Source of the DNA: Chloroflexota bacterium
GTDB taxonomy: Bacteria > Chloroflexota > Chloroflexia > QHBQ01
Length of the DNA: 61,539 bases
Direction: 5' to 3'
NCBI GenBank assembly: GCA_043754535.1
Contig: JAYUUN010000009.1
Location: forward strand, 1 to 61,539
Shown piece after piece: positions 29,027 to 39,046 of this stretch. Below the pieces are notes generated by a model. That model saw nothing but the letters and a program-made list of their open reading frames with translations, was not told the origin of the DNA and searched no databases. Position 1 is the first letter of the stretch; each line of letters begins with the position of its first letter. A program made the position numbers and the translations under genes.

Positions 29027-31942
29027 ATGCGACCTAGGATATGGGTGCCGATTGCTGTCGTTGTGGCAGTGCTACTGTTTGGCCTGCCCCTGATCTTTAA
29101 TATCGCAGCAGACTGGTTGTGGTTCGACAGCCAATCGCTTAGTTCGGTCTACATTACCCGCTTCACCACTCAATGGCTGGTGGGCATCGCGGGTACCATA
29201 CTGGCTGCGATCTTCCTGGCCGTCAACCTCCAGTTGGCGCGGCGCAATAGCACGCCAGGACAGATATTCGAGGGCCAACAGGCGACCCTCAGTGCAGGGT
29301 CGATCCGCCAGCTAATTTGGGTGGCCACCCTGATACTGGCGATCTTCTTCGGTCTCGCTGCTGGGGGCGAGTGGGTGACGGTGCTACGCTTCCTCAACGC
29401 CACGCCCTTTGGTGGCAGCCCCGACCGAATATTCCAGCAGGATGTTGGCTTCTACGTCTTCACCCTGCCCTTCCTGGACGACCTGCGCGGCTGGATCAGC
29501 AGCCTGATCCTGTTTACTGGCGTGGCGGTGATTGCCGTCTATGCAGTTGGCAGCCGCCTGACAATGCCGACTGTAACCCGCCCCGCCGCCCGCCGCCTGG
29601 CCGAGGATGGGTCGCCAGAGACGATGCTCAACCAGCTTGGCTTGCCGCAGATCGACCTGCCAGCGGCAGCCCGCCCCCACCTGACCATCCTCGGCGCACT
29701 CTGGCTGCTCACCTTCGCCTTCGGCTACTTCCTTGACCGCTACAAGCTGCTGTTTAATCAGCGCGAAGGCAGCAACGCGTTCGCTGGGGTTGGCTATACC
29801 GATGAGAACGCCCGCATCATCGCCAGTTGGATACTGCTGGTGGTCGTGATCCTCGCTGCCCTAACCCTTCTGCTGACCATCCGTTCGCGCAACTATCGCT
29901 TGCCGCTCTACGCCCTCGGCGCGTGGCTGCTGGTGGCGATCCTGGTCGGCGGGGTCTACCCCACCTTTGTACAGCAATTCCAGGTCAACCCCAACCTGTT
30001 CGATAAAGAGAGCAAGTATGTTGACAACAACATCAAGGCCACCCGCACCGCTTTCAACCTCGACAGCATCGAAGAACGACCGGGGCCAACCGCAGAACTG
30101 ACCCGCGCCGACCTCGCCTCCAGCCCGCAAACAGTCAAGAACGTACGCCTCTGGGATTACCGCCAGCTTGAGCAGTCTTACCAGCAGTTGCAGGCGATTA
30201 GCACCTACTTCAACTTTAGCGAAGTGACGATTGACCGCTACACCCTCGGCAGCGACTACCGCCAGGTGATGCTAGCCGCCCGCGAACTGGATCAGAACAA
30301 GGTGAACGGCCTCAACTGGCCGAATCGCCACCTGCAATACACCCACGGCCTGGGTGTAGCCCTCAGCCCCGTCAATGAGTCAGTGGGTGAAGGCTCACCG
30401 CGCTTGTTCGTGCGCGACATCCCCCCCGTCAGCAGCTACCCCAACCTCAACCTCAGCCGCCCCGAAATCTACTACGGCCTGCAAACCGACGACTATGTGT
30501 TCGTCAGGACGACGGCCACCGAGTTCCAGGGCAACGAAGGGGTGATCAGCAATACTGGCAGCCTCAGCAGCACGACCACAGCAACCAACACCCTGGGCGG
30601 AGGCTATGAAGGCAGCGGTGGGGTGGCCCTCGACTCCTATTGGAAGAAGCTGCTCTACGCCTACCACTTTGGCGACGGCAATATCCTGCTCAGTGATGCG
30701 TTTAAGGACGATAGCCGCATCCTCTACAACCGCGATGTGCAGCAGATGACCAACCTGGTCGCTCCTTTCCTGCTCTACGACGACGATCCCTACCTGGTGA
30801 TCGCCGAGGGCAAGCTGTATTGGATACGCGACGCTTACACGATCAGCGACCGCTACCCCAACGCAACGGTGTACACCGGCACCATTGGCGGCTTCAACTA
30901 CATTCGCAACTCGGTGAAGGTGGTGATCGATGCCTACAGCGGCAAGATGGCCTTCTACGCCTTCGACGAGAACGAGCCGATCCTCAAGACCTACAGCAAG
31001 ATATTCCCCGACCTGTTCAAGCCGCGCTCCGCGATGCCTGCGAACCTGGTAGCCCACGTGCGCTACCCAGAGTTGCTCTTTAATGTGCAAGCACAGACGC
31101 TCGAACTCTACCACATGACTGAGCCACAGGACTTCCTGCGGCGGCAAGACCCCTGGACTGTCGCCACTGACGGCACGCCCAACCGCAACCGCAACGCCAA
31201 TGCCGGTGGCATGGAGCCTTACTACAACATCATGAAACTACGTGGTGACGAGAGCGAGTCCTTCCTGCTGCTACTGCCCTTCACCCCCGCGGGCAAGCCC
31301 AACATGACGGCGTGGATGGCGGCTAAGAGCGACGGGGCAGACTACGGCAAGATCGTAGTGATCCGCTTCCCGGCTGGCAACCAGGTGAGCGGCCCGCAAC
31401 AGGTGGTCGCCCGCGCAAACCAGGACCCCAGCATCTCTCAGCTACGCACCCTCCTGGGGCAACGTGGCTCGAACGTAGAGTTGGGCAACCTGCTCGTCCT
31501 GCCCATCGGCCAGTCGATCCTCTACGTGCAGCCGCTCTACGTCACCGCCGAGCAGAACCCGCAACCCGAACTGAAGTATGTGATCGTCGCCAGCACGAAC
31601 CGGGTGACTATCGCTAGCACCTTCGACGAGGCGATCAACAAGCTACTCAGCGGTCAGGGTAGCGCGATTGAGCAGCCTGGCACCGTTGTTGGTATTGGCA
31701 CGCCAACAGCGAATGGCACCCCCGGCCCGCAGCCGACTGCCGCCCCCCAACCGACCATCGCAGGCGGCACCGACCTCGCCACCCTCAGCCCGCAGCAGCT
31801 AGTCAGCCTCGCCCAGCAGCAGTACGAGCGCGGCCAGGCTGCCTTGCGCGCCAACGACTTTGCCACTTACGGTCAAGCGCAGGCCGAACTCAAGCGCACT
31901 CTAGACGAATTGGCCCGCCGCATCGGTACGCCCGCCCCCTAA
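29027..31942 (+). CDS. UPF0182 family membrane protein
   Basis: DWLWF, FYVFTLPF, NVRLWD, HLQYTHG, RPEIYYG, NYIRNSVKVVIDAY.G, GNLLVLP..LYVQPLY. Confidence 0.93.
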   Translation: MRPRIWVPIAVVVAVLLFGLPLIFNIAADWLWFDSQSLSSVYITRFTTQWLVGIAGTILAAIFLAVNLQLARRNSTPGQIFEGQQATLSAGSIRQLIWVATLILAIFFGLAAGGEWVTVLRFLNATPFGGSPDRIFQQDVGFYVFTLPFLDDLRGWISSLILFTGVAVIAVYAVGSRLTMPTVTRPAARRLAEDGSPETMLNQLGLPQIDLPAAARPHLTILGALWLLTFAFGYFLDRYKLLFNQREGSNAFAGVGYTDENARIIASWILLVVVILAALTLLLTIRSRNYRLPLYALGAWLLVAILVGGVYPTFVQQFQVNPNLFDKESKYVDNNIKATRTAFNLDSIEERPGPTAELTRADLASSPQTVKNVRLWDYRQLEQSYQQLQAISTYFNFSEVTIDRYTLGSDYRQVMLAARELDQNKVNGLNWPNRHLQYTHGLGVALSPVNESVGEGSPRLFVRDIPPVSSYPNLNLSRPEIYYGLQTDDYVFVRTTATEFQGNEGVISNTGSLSSTTTATNTLGGGYEGSGGVALDSYWKKLLYAYHFGDGNILLSDAFKDDSRILYNRDVQQMTNLVAPFLLYDDDPYLVIAEGKLYWIRDAYTISDRYPNATVYTGTIGGFNYIRNSVKVVIDAYSGKMAFYAFDENEPILKTYSKIFPDLFKPRSAMPANLVAHVRYPELLFNVQAQTLELYHMTEPQDFLRRQDPWTVATDGTPNRNRNANAGGMEPYYNIMKLRGDESESFLLLLPFTPAGKPNMTAWMAAKSDGADYGKIVVIRFPAGNQVSGPQQVVARANQDPSISQLRTLLGQRGSNVELGNLLVLPIGQSILYVQPLYVTAEQNPQPELKYVIVASTNRVTIASTFDEAINKLLSGQGSAIEQPGTVVGIGTPTANGTPGPQPTAAPQPTIAGGTDLATLSPQQLVSLAQQQYERGQAALRANDFATYGQAQAELKRTLDELARRIGTPAP

Positions 31943-31977
31943 GGCTGGCCGCCACTACTGTCCCCAAACCAAACTAG

Positions 31978-32010
31978 AAGCACACGCTGGTGGCACAGTG
32001 TGTGCTTTTT
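31978..32010 (+). terminator. Rho-independent terminator
   Basis: AAGCACACGCTG/CAGTGTGTGCTT stem followed by T tract. Confidence 0.75.
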
Positions 32011-32076
32011 GTTGTCTGTAACTACCGAGCAACCACCACACTTACCTAGATATCAGGCAAGCTAAAGGAGAAACCG

Positions 32077-32703
32077 ATGCAGACCCAGGACAAGAAAGAG
32101 AAGAAGGGCAACAAGGCCCACCAGAATGGCAACGACCACAGCAGCATGGATAGCCAACCGCTGATCCACCAGCGCAAGGGGGTTGAGGTTCAGCAGTTTG
32201 GTACCCTACGTGACCTGCCGATTGCCCTCAACCGCGATGTTCGCCAGGAGAGCTGTGACCTGCTTAACCAGGTTTTGGCCGACACGATCATCCTCTACAA
32301 CCTCTATAAGAAGCACCACTGGCTGATGCGCGGCCATACCTTCTACCAACTGCATTTGCTGCTGGATAAGCACGCAGACGAGCAGTTGAAGTTGGTTGAC
32401 CTGATGGCTGAGCGAGTGCAGAGCCTGGGCGGCATCGCCGTCGCCGACCCTCGCCACGTTGCCGAACTGACCAAGATCGAGCGGCCCCCCAATGGTGCCG
32501 AGGAAGTGCCAGTGATGCTCTCCCGCCTGCTTGAGGCCCACGAGATCATCATCAGGGAAGGGCGTGCTGCGATTGAGCGCACCGACGAAAGTGGTGACAG
32601 CACGACCAACGACATCCTTGCGAGCGAAGTGCTGCCCACCAACGAACTGCAAGTTTGGTTTATCGCCGAGCATCTGGTGGACACCCCCACTGTGCGCGGC
32701 TAG
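32077..32703 (+). CDS. dps: Dps family DNA protection protein
   Basis: KKHHW..RG.TF.QLHLL.D, D..AERVQSLGG, WFIAEH. Confidence 0.93.
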   Translation: MQTQDKKEKKGNKAHQNGNDHSSMDSQPLIHQRKGVEVQQFGTLRDLPIALNRDVRQESCDLLNQVLADTIILYNLYKKHHWLMRGHTFYQLHLLLDKHADEQLKLVDLMAERVQSLGGIAVADPRHVAELTKIERPPNGAEEVPVMLSRLLEAHEIIIREGRAAIERTDESGDSTTNDILASEVLPTNELQVWFIAEHLVDTPTVRG

Positions 32704-32727
32704 TCTAATCCAGGCTGGTAGATAGCA

Positions 32728-32761
32728 AGAGGGGCCATGCAAATTGCTGCATGGCCCCTCT
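32728..32761. terminator. Hairpin between convergent genes
   Basis: AGAGGGGCCATGCA / TGCATGGCCCCTCT 14-bp stem. Confidence 0.7.
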
Positions 32762-32773
32762 CGTTGCTGCTGG

Positions 32774-34651
32774 CTACCGTAGCTCCCCCTGCCAGCTAGC
32801 CAGCAGCAACCCGTCAGCGGCATAGTAGTCTAGGCTGTAGGAGCCAGGGCTGGCGGGAGTTTCGGCGATTAGCGGCTTGTCGGGAGCAACATCGGCGCGG
32901 CCCTCCTGCGTGCTGCCAGTAGTCAGGTTACGTAGCACCAGCCTGCCACCAAGGTTGGGGCGGCTGGCAGCAATGGCGATCCGCAGACGATTGCCGTCCA
33001 ACAGGGTGAGATTAAGGCTAGCAGCGGCGGTGGCAACTCGCGGCGCACCAGTACCAAGTAGAGGATACCAGCTTTCGTCCCAGGCTAGTTTCGCGCCCGC
33101 CGCCAGCCGATTGCTGTCCCAGAAGGTCGCCTGCACCCCACCCCACAACTCCAGGTACTGCGAACCGTCGTCGGTATAGATTTTGGGGTCGAAGCGCGGG
33201 CCGAAGGCGAACAGCTTGAGGCCGGGAGCGGTCTGATGGGGGAAGACGCGCACCACCCCCTCCTGTCGGTCGTGGTTGTAGACCGCAGCCCAATCCGCTG
33301 TCGTCTCCACCGCGAAGAAGCCGAGGTAGTCACGCCAGTTGGCATAGCGGCTGAGGTCGCGCCCGTCGTAGTTGGGCCAGCTAAAGCGGCTGTGTGCGGG
33401 GGGCAGGCTGCTATCGGCGGTGCTGTGGGTGACGGCCAGGCTGATTGGCAGGGCGAACTCAGTGTTCGGTGAGACGGTATTGCTGCCACCAGGGGCCAGC
33501 ATCGCATTTAGCCAGAACTGGTAGCTGGCAGGGGTGGGGCCAGGGTTGGCGAGTTCCAGGTGCAGGCGCAGAGCGGCTTCCAGCGGGCGCAGGCTGATCG
33601 TGATCGCTGGGCGCAGGCCGCTAGTACGCTCGGTCGTCGTTACCCGCACGCTAGCCGAGCCGTCGGCAGTGGTCTGCACCGCATAATCCCAGGCAATGTT
33701 CTCCAGGTAGCCATGCTCCTCCGTCGGCAAGGCCCATTCGATGCCACCCACGCCCAACCACCAGCCACGCTGCCCAAAGTTGCTGGGTTTGACCACTGCA
33801 TTCTGGTAGAATTGCTGGTGGCCGGTGGACTTGAACAGCAAGCCGTAGACGCGCCCGCCAAGCTCTGGCAGCACGCTAACCTTGAGGTAGCGGTTCTCCA
33901 GGGTGAGCAGCTTGTAGCCCTGCGGCAGCGGTGGGCCGACCTGGTCGAAGTGCAGCCGCTGGTAAGGGGCGATGCTGTCGCCGGGCTGGTCGTAGAGGGC
34001 TTGCTGGTACTGGTAGGTGGGCAGGGTCAGCAACTCCTCCGTTACTGTCACCCGCTCTTGCAGCAGATCGCGGCCCAGCAGACCAAGCAGCACGTCGTAG
34101 GGCGGTTTGTTCTCTGGGTGGTACTCGAAGCGATTGCGCTCAAAGTATTGCACGCTGTAAGGCTTGCCATCCGCCGCACTGACCTCCACAAACTCCTCGC
34201 TGAGGGGGAAGCCGAACTGGTCCAGACCGCCGTGCGCCTGCCAGTAGTCGCGGAACTTGCCGAGCAAGGTATGGCCGCTTTCGGCGAAGTAGGTAGTGGC
34301 CTGCGTGTTGGTGATCGTACTGGCGGGGCGGGCGAACTCGCGTCCGGCAGTAAGGGCCACACCGAGCAGACCAAGCTGCACATCGTAGGGCGGTTTGGCC
34401 TCTGGGTGGTACTCCAGCCGCGCCCGCTCCGTGTACTGGGTGAGCAGGCCGTTCTCGTTCGCCGCGTCGCTGAGCGGGAGGCCGAGGATCGGCAAGCCGC
34501 CGTGCGCGTCAAAGTAGGAGATGAACTGAGCGGCCAGCGTCTTACCACTCTCACGATAGAACCGTCCACCTGCCTGCGCTTGCCCACCGCCCGGCAAGGC
34601 CAGCAGGCTGAGCAGGAGCAGGCCGATCAGCAGCAGATTGGTTCGCTTCAA
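32774..34651 (-). CDS. Secreted DUF5107-like protein with N-terminal surface repeats
   Basis: Signal peptide, two GLP.S...QY.ER.R.EYHPE repeats, LENRYLKVSVLPELGGRV, GGIEW, YLELWGG; TTG start. Confidence 0.8.
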   Translation of the reverse strand: MKRTNLLLIGLLLLSLLALPGGGQAQAGGRFYRESGKTLAAQFISYFDAHGGLPILGLPLSDAANENGLLTQYTERARLEYHPEAKPPYDVQLGLLGVALTAGREFARPASTITNTQATTYFAESGHTLLGKFRDYWQAHGGLDQFGFPLSEEFVEVSAADGKPYSVQYFERNRFEYHPENKPPYDVLLGLLGRDLLQERVTVTEELLTLPTYQYQQALYDQPGDSIAPYQRLHFDQVGPPLPQGYKLLTLENRYLKVSVLPELGGRVYGLLFKSTGHQQFYQNAVVKPSNFGQRGWWLGVGGIEWALPTEEHGYLENIAWDYAVQTTADGSASVRVTTTERTSGLRPAITISLRPLEAALRLHLELANPGPTPASYQFWLNAMLAPGGSNTVSPNTEFALPISLAVTHSTADSSLPPAHSRFSWPNYDGRDLSRYANWRDYLGFFAVETTADWAAVYNHDRQEGVVRVFPHQTAPGLKLFAFGPRFDPKIYTDDGSQYLELWGGVQATFWDSNRLAAGAKLAWDESWYPLLGTGAPRVATAAASLNLTLLDGNRLRIAIAASRPNLGGRLVLRNLTTGSTQEGRADVAPDKPLIAETPASPGSYSLDYYAADGLLLASWQGELR

Positions 34652-34761
34652 GGGGGAGCCTTTCCAGGAGGGATGCAACAGTAGAATGGGAAATAACCAC
34701 ACCTATTATACCAACTCAAGGCTACCTGCTCCCACTTTAGCTACGTTGCCAGGCCGCACCT

Positions 34762-35739
34762 TTAGCTGCGCTGTCCGTTAGCGTCCAGACGATCCAGCAC
34801 CTGCTGCAATGCGGGTGGCAAAGGGCTGACGAACTCGCGGTAGTCGCCAGAGGGTAGGTTGAAGCCCAGCTTGTGGGCATGGAGGAACTGGCGGCTGAGG
34901 CTGGCAACCGGGGGGTCTTTGCGCCACTCCTGGTTGCCGTAGATCGCATCGCCAACAACCGGGTGGTTGAGGTGGGCGAAGTGGACGCGAATCTGGTGGG
35001 TGCGACCTGTCTCCAGCCGCACGCGCACATAGGTGTAGCGGCTATAGTAGGCGATGGTTTCATAGTGAGTGCGGGCCTCGCGGCCACTGTTGACTACCGC
35101 CATGCGCTTGCGTTCACGCGGGTCGCGGCCAATCGGCCCGTCAATGATCCCTTGCGCGTGCTTCAACCGCCCCTGCACCAGCACGAGGTACTCCTTGTGC
35201 ATGGTGCGCGCCTGCATTTGGGCCACCAGGCTCTCCCGCGCATGGTCGTTGCGGGCGACAACCAGCAAGCCGCTAGTGTCCTTGTCCAGGCGGTGAACAA
35301 TACCAGGGCGGTTTGTGCCATTCATGGTCAGCCCTGGGTCGTAGCCAAGCAGGGCGTTGACCAGGGTGCCACGGGCATGGCCGGGGGCGGGGTGAACGAC
35401 AAGGCCCGCCGCTTTGTCCACCACAATCACGTCAGCATCTTCATAGACGATGTTGAGCGGAATCTGCTCGGCCACCAAGTCGCTAGCCTCGGCGGCTGGT
35501 AGGCTGAGGTTGATTTCGTCGCCAGGGCGCAGCTTGTAGCTAGCCTTCTCCAACTTGCCAGCGACGATCACATTGCCCTCGTCGATCAACTTCTGGGCGA
35601 GGGAGCGTGAGATCGCGGCCTCTGGCAAGCTGGCAAGGTAGACATCCAGCCGCCTACCAGCATCCTCCGCTCCAACAGCGAAGGTTAGTTGGTGGCCGTC
35701 TTCCTCAAGGTCGAGTTCTAGTTCTAGTTCATCTTCCAG
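34762..35739 (-). CDS. rluD: RluA-family pseudouridine synthase (RluD-like, with S4 domain), probable CTG start
   Basis: GRRLDVYLA S4 start, KAAGLVVHP, RPGIVHRLDKDTSGL, TGRTHQIRVH, QFLHA. Confidence 0.9.
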   Translation of the reverse strand: MEDELELELDLEEDGHQLTFAVGAEDAGRRLDVYLASLPEAAISRSLAQKLIDEGNVIVAGKLEKASYKLRPGDEINLSLPAAEASDLVAEQIPLNIVYEDADVIVVDKAAGLVVHPAPGHARGTLVNALLGYDPGLTMNGTNRPGIVHRLDKDTSGLLVVARNDHARESLVAQMQARTMHKEYLVLVQGRLKHAQGIIDGPIGRDPRERKRMAVVNSGREARTHYETIAYYSRYTYVRVRLETGRTHQIRVHFAHLNHPVVGDAIYGNQEWRKDPPVASLSRQFLHAHKLGFNLPSGDYREFVSPLPPALQQVLDRLDANGQRS

Positions 35740-37330
35740 CGTCTTGCTCCTCTAGCAGGCGGATGATCGCCTGACGCATCTGTTCCACGGCAGCACGGCT
35801 CTCGCTCGTACCCTCGGCGTAGTCGCGCAGGGCGACGGGCAGTTGCAGGTTGAGGCAGCTAGCGTGCAGCACTGGAAAGCCAGGGGCAGCAGCGATCACC
35901 ACTTGCAGATAGTCCTCGGCCTGCCGCTGCGGGTCGATCAGGTTGGCCCAGTATACCCCCCGCGCCACGTCGCCTGCGCTACTCCAGCGCGCCCGCCAAC
36001 TGGCCGCCTCCGCCGCTCCGACGCGGGTTAGTAGCTGCGAGTTGGTCTGGGCATTGGCTTCGCGTAGGATCGCGCCGGGAACGTTCACCCGACCGCCGCC
36101 GTCGCCGCCCGCCCCCCCACCGAGGACGCTGATGTAGCCGTAGGCCGCCTTGGTCGCGGCAAACAAGTCGCTGGCAAGCTGGCTGAGGTGCGGCGACTGC
36201 ACAAAGTCGAACAACGCCTGCACCTCAAAGGCGCGTTGCAACACATCCGCGGTGTACTGGTCGTCGAAGATGCTGGGGTACTCAACCAGCACCACGTCCA
36301 GCGGCACCTCATCGCTTGCCCGCTGGATCGTCAGGTTGCAGCCAGGATAGTAGCGCAGGTTGAGCCGCTCGCCCGCCGTCAACTCCTCGTGCAACAGCCC
36401 ATCAATCAACTCGCTCTCATCCTTGTAGTACGTCCCCAGTAGCTCCAGTTCGTGCCAACCGCTACCCCCCGCTGGCAGGCTCTGGGTGAGCAGCAGGATC
36501 GTGTCTACCATCTGGCGGTAGGTGAGCGGCTGGCGGCAGTAGAGGGTGAGGCCGACGCTGTAGGCGGGCTGGTGCTGGGCGGGACGGCGCAGGGTAAGCG
36601 GCTGCCAGCCAACCAGCGTGCCATTCTGCTCGGCGCGCACCAGGTCTAGGTAGGTGACGGTCGGCTCGGCGATAGCCAGGCTCGCCGCTAGCTGCCTCGC
36701 CCACGAGTCGGCGTAAATCTCCCCTTCGCCGCTGATCAGCGCGTCCATGTAGTCATTCTCGTTGTCCAAAGTGCGCCGAAAGAAGGCTCTGTAGCCGTTG
36801 ATAGCATGGTCAGCCACTACAGCAGGCTGGGCCGCCGCCACAGCAGCGAGGAAGCCTGCCAGTGCCGCAACGTCGCCCCGATAGCGCGGCCCTTGCTGCT
36901 CTACCGTCAAGTCGGGACGGTGCAGCAGATAGGGGCTATACGCCTCAAGCTCGATCCAGTCCTCGGTATAACGATCCATGACCGCCCCGGCCTGGGCGAT
37001 AGTGTAGCCCCAGACATACTGATCGATGCTCCAAAGCAGGATGGCAGGGCCGTGCGCAGAGAGGGCGGCCAGCAGCCCCTCTGCGGTCGCCTCATCCAGG
37101 CGGAAGCCGTCTTCGTCTACAATAGTCAGCCAGCCAGCGGTTGGTTGACCCAGGTAGAGGCTGCGAGTGGCCTGCCCCAGATTGAGGGCGGGGCGGTAGG
37201 GGTTGAGGTCGGCCTCGGCCACCGGCTCGTAGCCTCCCACTTGCAGGTGGCGGCTGAGGGTCGCCAGCAGGTCGGCCTGCGCTCCCCCTGGACCAAGATG
37301 AACGTGTATCGCTACGAAGTCGTAGGCCAT
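35729..37330 (-). CDS. Hypothetical protein, 533 aa
   Basis: Long ORF, GAGGAG RBS; family not recognised. Confidence 0.75.
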   Translation of the reverse strand: MAYDFVAIHVHLGPGGAQADLLATLSRHLQVGGYEPVAEADLNPYRPALNLGQATRSLYLGQPTAGWLTIVDEDGFRLDEATAEGLLAALSAHGPAILLWSIDQYVWGYTIAQAGAVMDRYTEDWIELEAYSPYLLHRPDLTVEQQGPRYRGDVAALAGFLAAVAAAQPAVVADHAINGYRAFFRRTLDNENDYMDALISGEGEIYADSWARQLAASLAIAEPTVTYLDLVRAEQNGTLVGWQPLTLRRPAQHQPAYSVGLTLYCRQPLTYRQMVDTILLLTQSLPAGGSGWHELELLGTYYKDESELIDGLLHEELTAGERLNLRYYPGCNLTIQRASDEVPLDVVLVEYPSIFDDQYTADVLQRAFEVQALFDFVQSPHLSQLASDLFAATKAAYGYISVLGGGAGGDGGGRVNVPGAILREANAQTNSQLLTRVGAAEAASWRARWSSAGDVARGVYWANLIDPQRQAEDYLQVVIAAAPGFPVLHASCLNLQLPVALRDYAEGTSESRAAVEQMRQAIIRLLEEQDAGR

Positions 37331-38438
37331 TGCTCTCCTCTAATAACAGGCTGTTGACCTTGACCCAGCGACGCTCCTTGCTGGACAGGCGCACCGCGTC
37401 AAGTAGCTGCTGCACGGCCACGCCGTCGGCAAAGCTAGCAACATCCACCGCTGCTGCTTCACCAGCCCGGATCGCGGCGGCCAGGCGACGGATCAACTCC
37501 ATGAAGGGGGCTTGCAGGTGATGCTCACCAACCTGTGCCAGCTTGAGGTCGTTAGGGATACGTAGCAGGCGCAACTTCTCCGCTTGCCCCGGCTCCACGC
37601 CGTAGATCGCTTCGTCACGGCTGGTGTCCAGACTGAGGGAGCCATCGCTGCCGAACGCTTCGATCTGCCGCCGCCCAGCCAGGCTCATGCCGCTGAGGTG
37701 CATGGTCAACTCTGCGCCATTCGCCAGCCGACCGAGGATCGCCACCGCATCGTCGCTCGTTACCTTGCGCTGCTCGTTGGGCTGGTCGCGCAAGGGGCGG
37801 CTGGCAGTGTAGGTGTCTACCGTCGCGCAAACCTCGTCTACCTCGCCGAAGAACCAGCGGATGGTGTCCAGGTAGTGGCTACCGATTGCACCGAGCAAGC
37901 CGCCCCCCTGCGTCTCGTCCATCCACCAGTCCCAGGGCCGTTTGGCCGGGTCATGCAGCCAGCCACCCATCTCTGACTGCTGTACAGCATAGACAGTGCC
38001 GAGGTAGCCGTCGTCGAGCAGTTGCTTCATGTAGTGGCGGGCGGGCAAGAAGCGGAACTCGTGGTTGATCGCGGTGGTCAGATTATGCGCCGCCGCCGCT
38101 GCCTGCATCTCGCGGGCCTCGGCGACGTTGAGCGCAAAGGGCTTCTCGCAGAGGACGTGCGCCCCCGCTGCGACGGCGGCCAGCACCGTCTCGCGGTGGA
38201 GGAAGGGGGGCGTGGTGATGTCCAGCAGGTCAACGCCCGCCGCCAACAGATCGCCATAGCTGGCGAAGGCTGGCACGCCATGTTGGGCAGTGATTGCCGC
38301 TGCCTTCTCTGGCGAGGAGGTTGCCACGCCCACAAACTCGATCTGCTCGCTAAGGGCCAGCAGGCCGGGCAGGTGAACCTTGAGGCCGAAGCCGCTACCA
38401 ACCAGCCCGACACGCAGTTTCTTTGTCATTTCGCTCAT
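37092..38438 (-). CDS. Gfo/Idh/MocA oxidoreductase (conserved part ends near 37350)
   Basis: VGLVGSGFG, HVLCEKP, NHEFRF, GGGLLGAIGSHYLD. Confidence 0.9.
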   Translation of the reverse strand: MSEMTKKLRVGLVGSGFGLKVHLPGLLALSEQIEFVGVATSSPEKAAAITAQHGVPAFASYGDLLAAGVDLLDITTPPFLHRETVLAAVAAGAHVLCEKPFALNVAEAREMQAAAAAHNLTTAINHEFRFLPARHYMKQLLDDGYLGTVYAVQQSEMGGWLHDPAKRPWDWWMDETQGGGLLGAIGSHYLDTIRWFFGEVDEVCATVDTYTASRPLRDQPNEQRKVTSDDAVAILGRLANGAELTMHLSGMSLAGRRQIEAFGSDGSLSLDTSRDEAIYGVEPGQAEKLRLLRIPNDLKLAQVGEHHLQAPFMELIRRLAAAIRAGEAAAVDVASFADGVAVQQLLDAVRLSSKERRWVKVNSLLLEESNGLRLRSDTRSSWSRGSAGRPAGDPQPPPASGRLRAGGRGRPQPLPPRPQSGAGHSQPLPGSTNRWLADYCRRRRLPPG

Positions 38439-38439
38439 C

Positions 38440-38847
38440 TTAATCCTGCCTGCTACTGATTTTGTTGGGGTCTAGCAATTCGGTGACGGCGTGCTTGATC
38501 GGCAAGAAGTAGCCGTTGCAATAGTCATAGAACTCGTCTACCGTAAAGCAACGCATCCGATAACGCGCCTCGATGCTGGCCTGACGCAAGACCTGGAAGC
38601 GTTCAACTACCTGGCGGTTCTGCATCTCTGGGTCAGCGGCGATATTAGCATCCTGGGCCTCATGGCTAGGGCTGCTGACGGCACGCACCCCTTCCAGATA
38701 GGCATCTATGTAGTGTAGAGCCGAGTAAAAGAGCATGATGATCGCCCAGCTAGCCGCCCGCTCTGGCTCACGCGAAGCGAGCCACATCGCCAGTTGCTCG
38801 TTGAGCATGGCCTGTTCAAGGTGTTGCGTACCTGTTGTTGTCTCCAC
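38440..38847 (-). CDS. HEPN-like domain protein
   Basis: W...LFYSALH..DAYL...SH...F..L..AS..ARY pattern; TGnTATAAT at 38885-38893 and GGAG RBS. Confidence 0.6.
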   Translation of the reverse strand: METTTGTQHLEQAMLNEQLAMWLASREPERAASWAIIMLFYSALHYIDAYLEGVRAVSSPSHEAQDANIAADPEMQNRQVVERFQVLRQASIEARYRMRCFTVDEFYDYCNGYFLPIKHAVTELLDPNKISSRQD

Positions 38848-39046
38848 CAAACCTACTCCCAGCACAAGGTTTTTCCATGCTTCTATTATAACACAAGCCA
38901 GGGACGAAAGTACCAGTGCCAGAGCGGTACTTGTGGCACAACTACATAGTTCTAGCTGCCCTCGGCATTGGCGGCCCGGCTCCGAGCAGAAGTGCAAAGC
39001 GGCCACCCCTACTCATGGGATGGCCGCTTGACCGGGCTGGGCTGGC

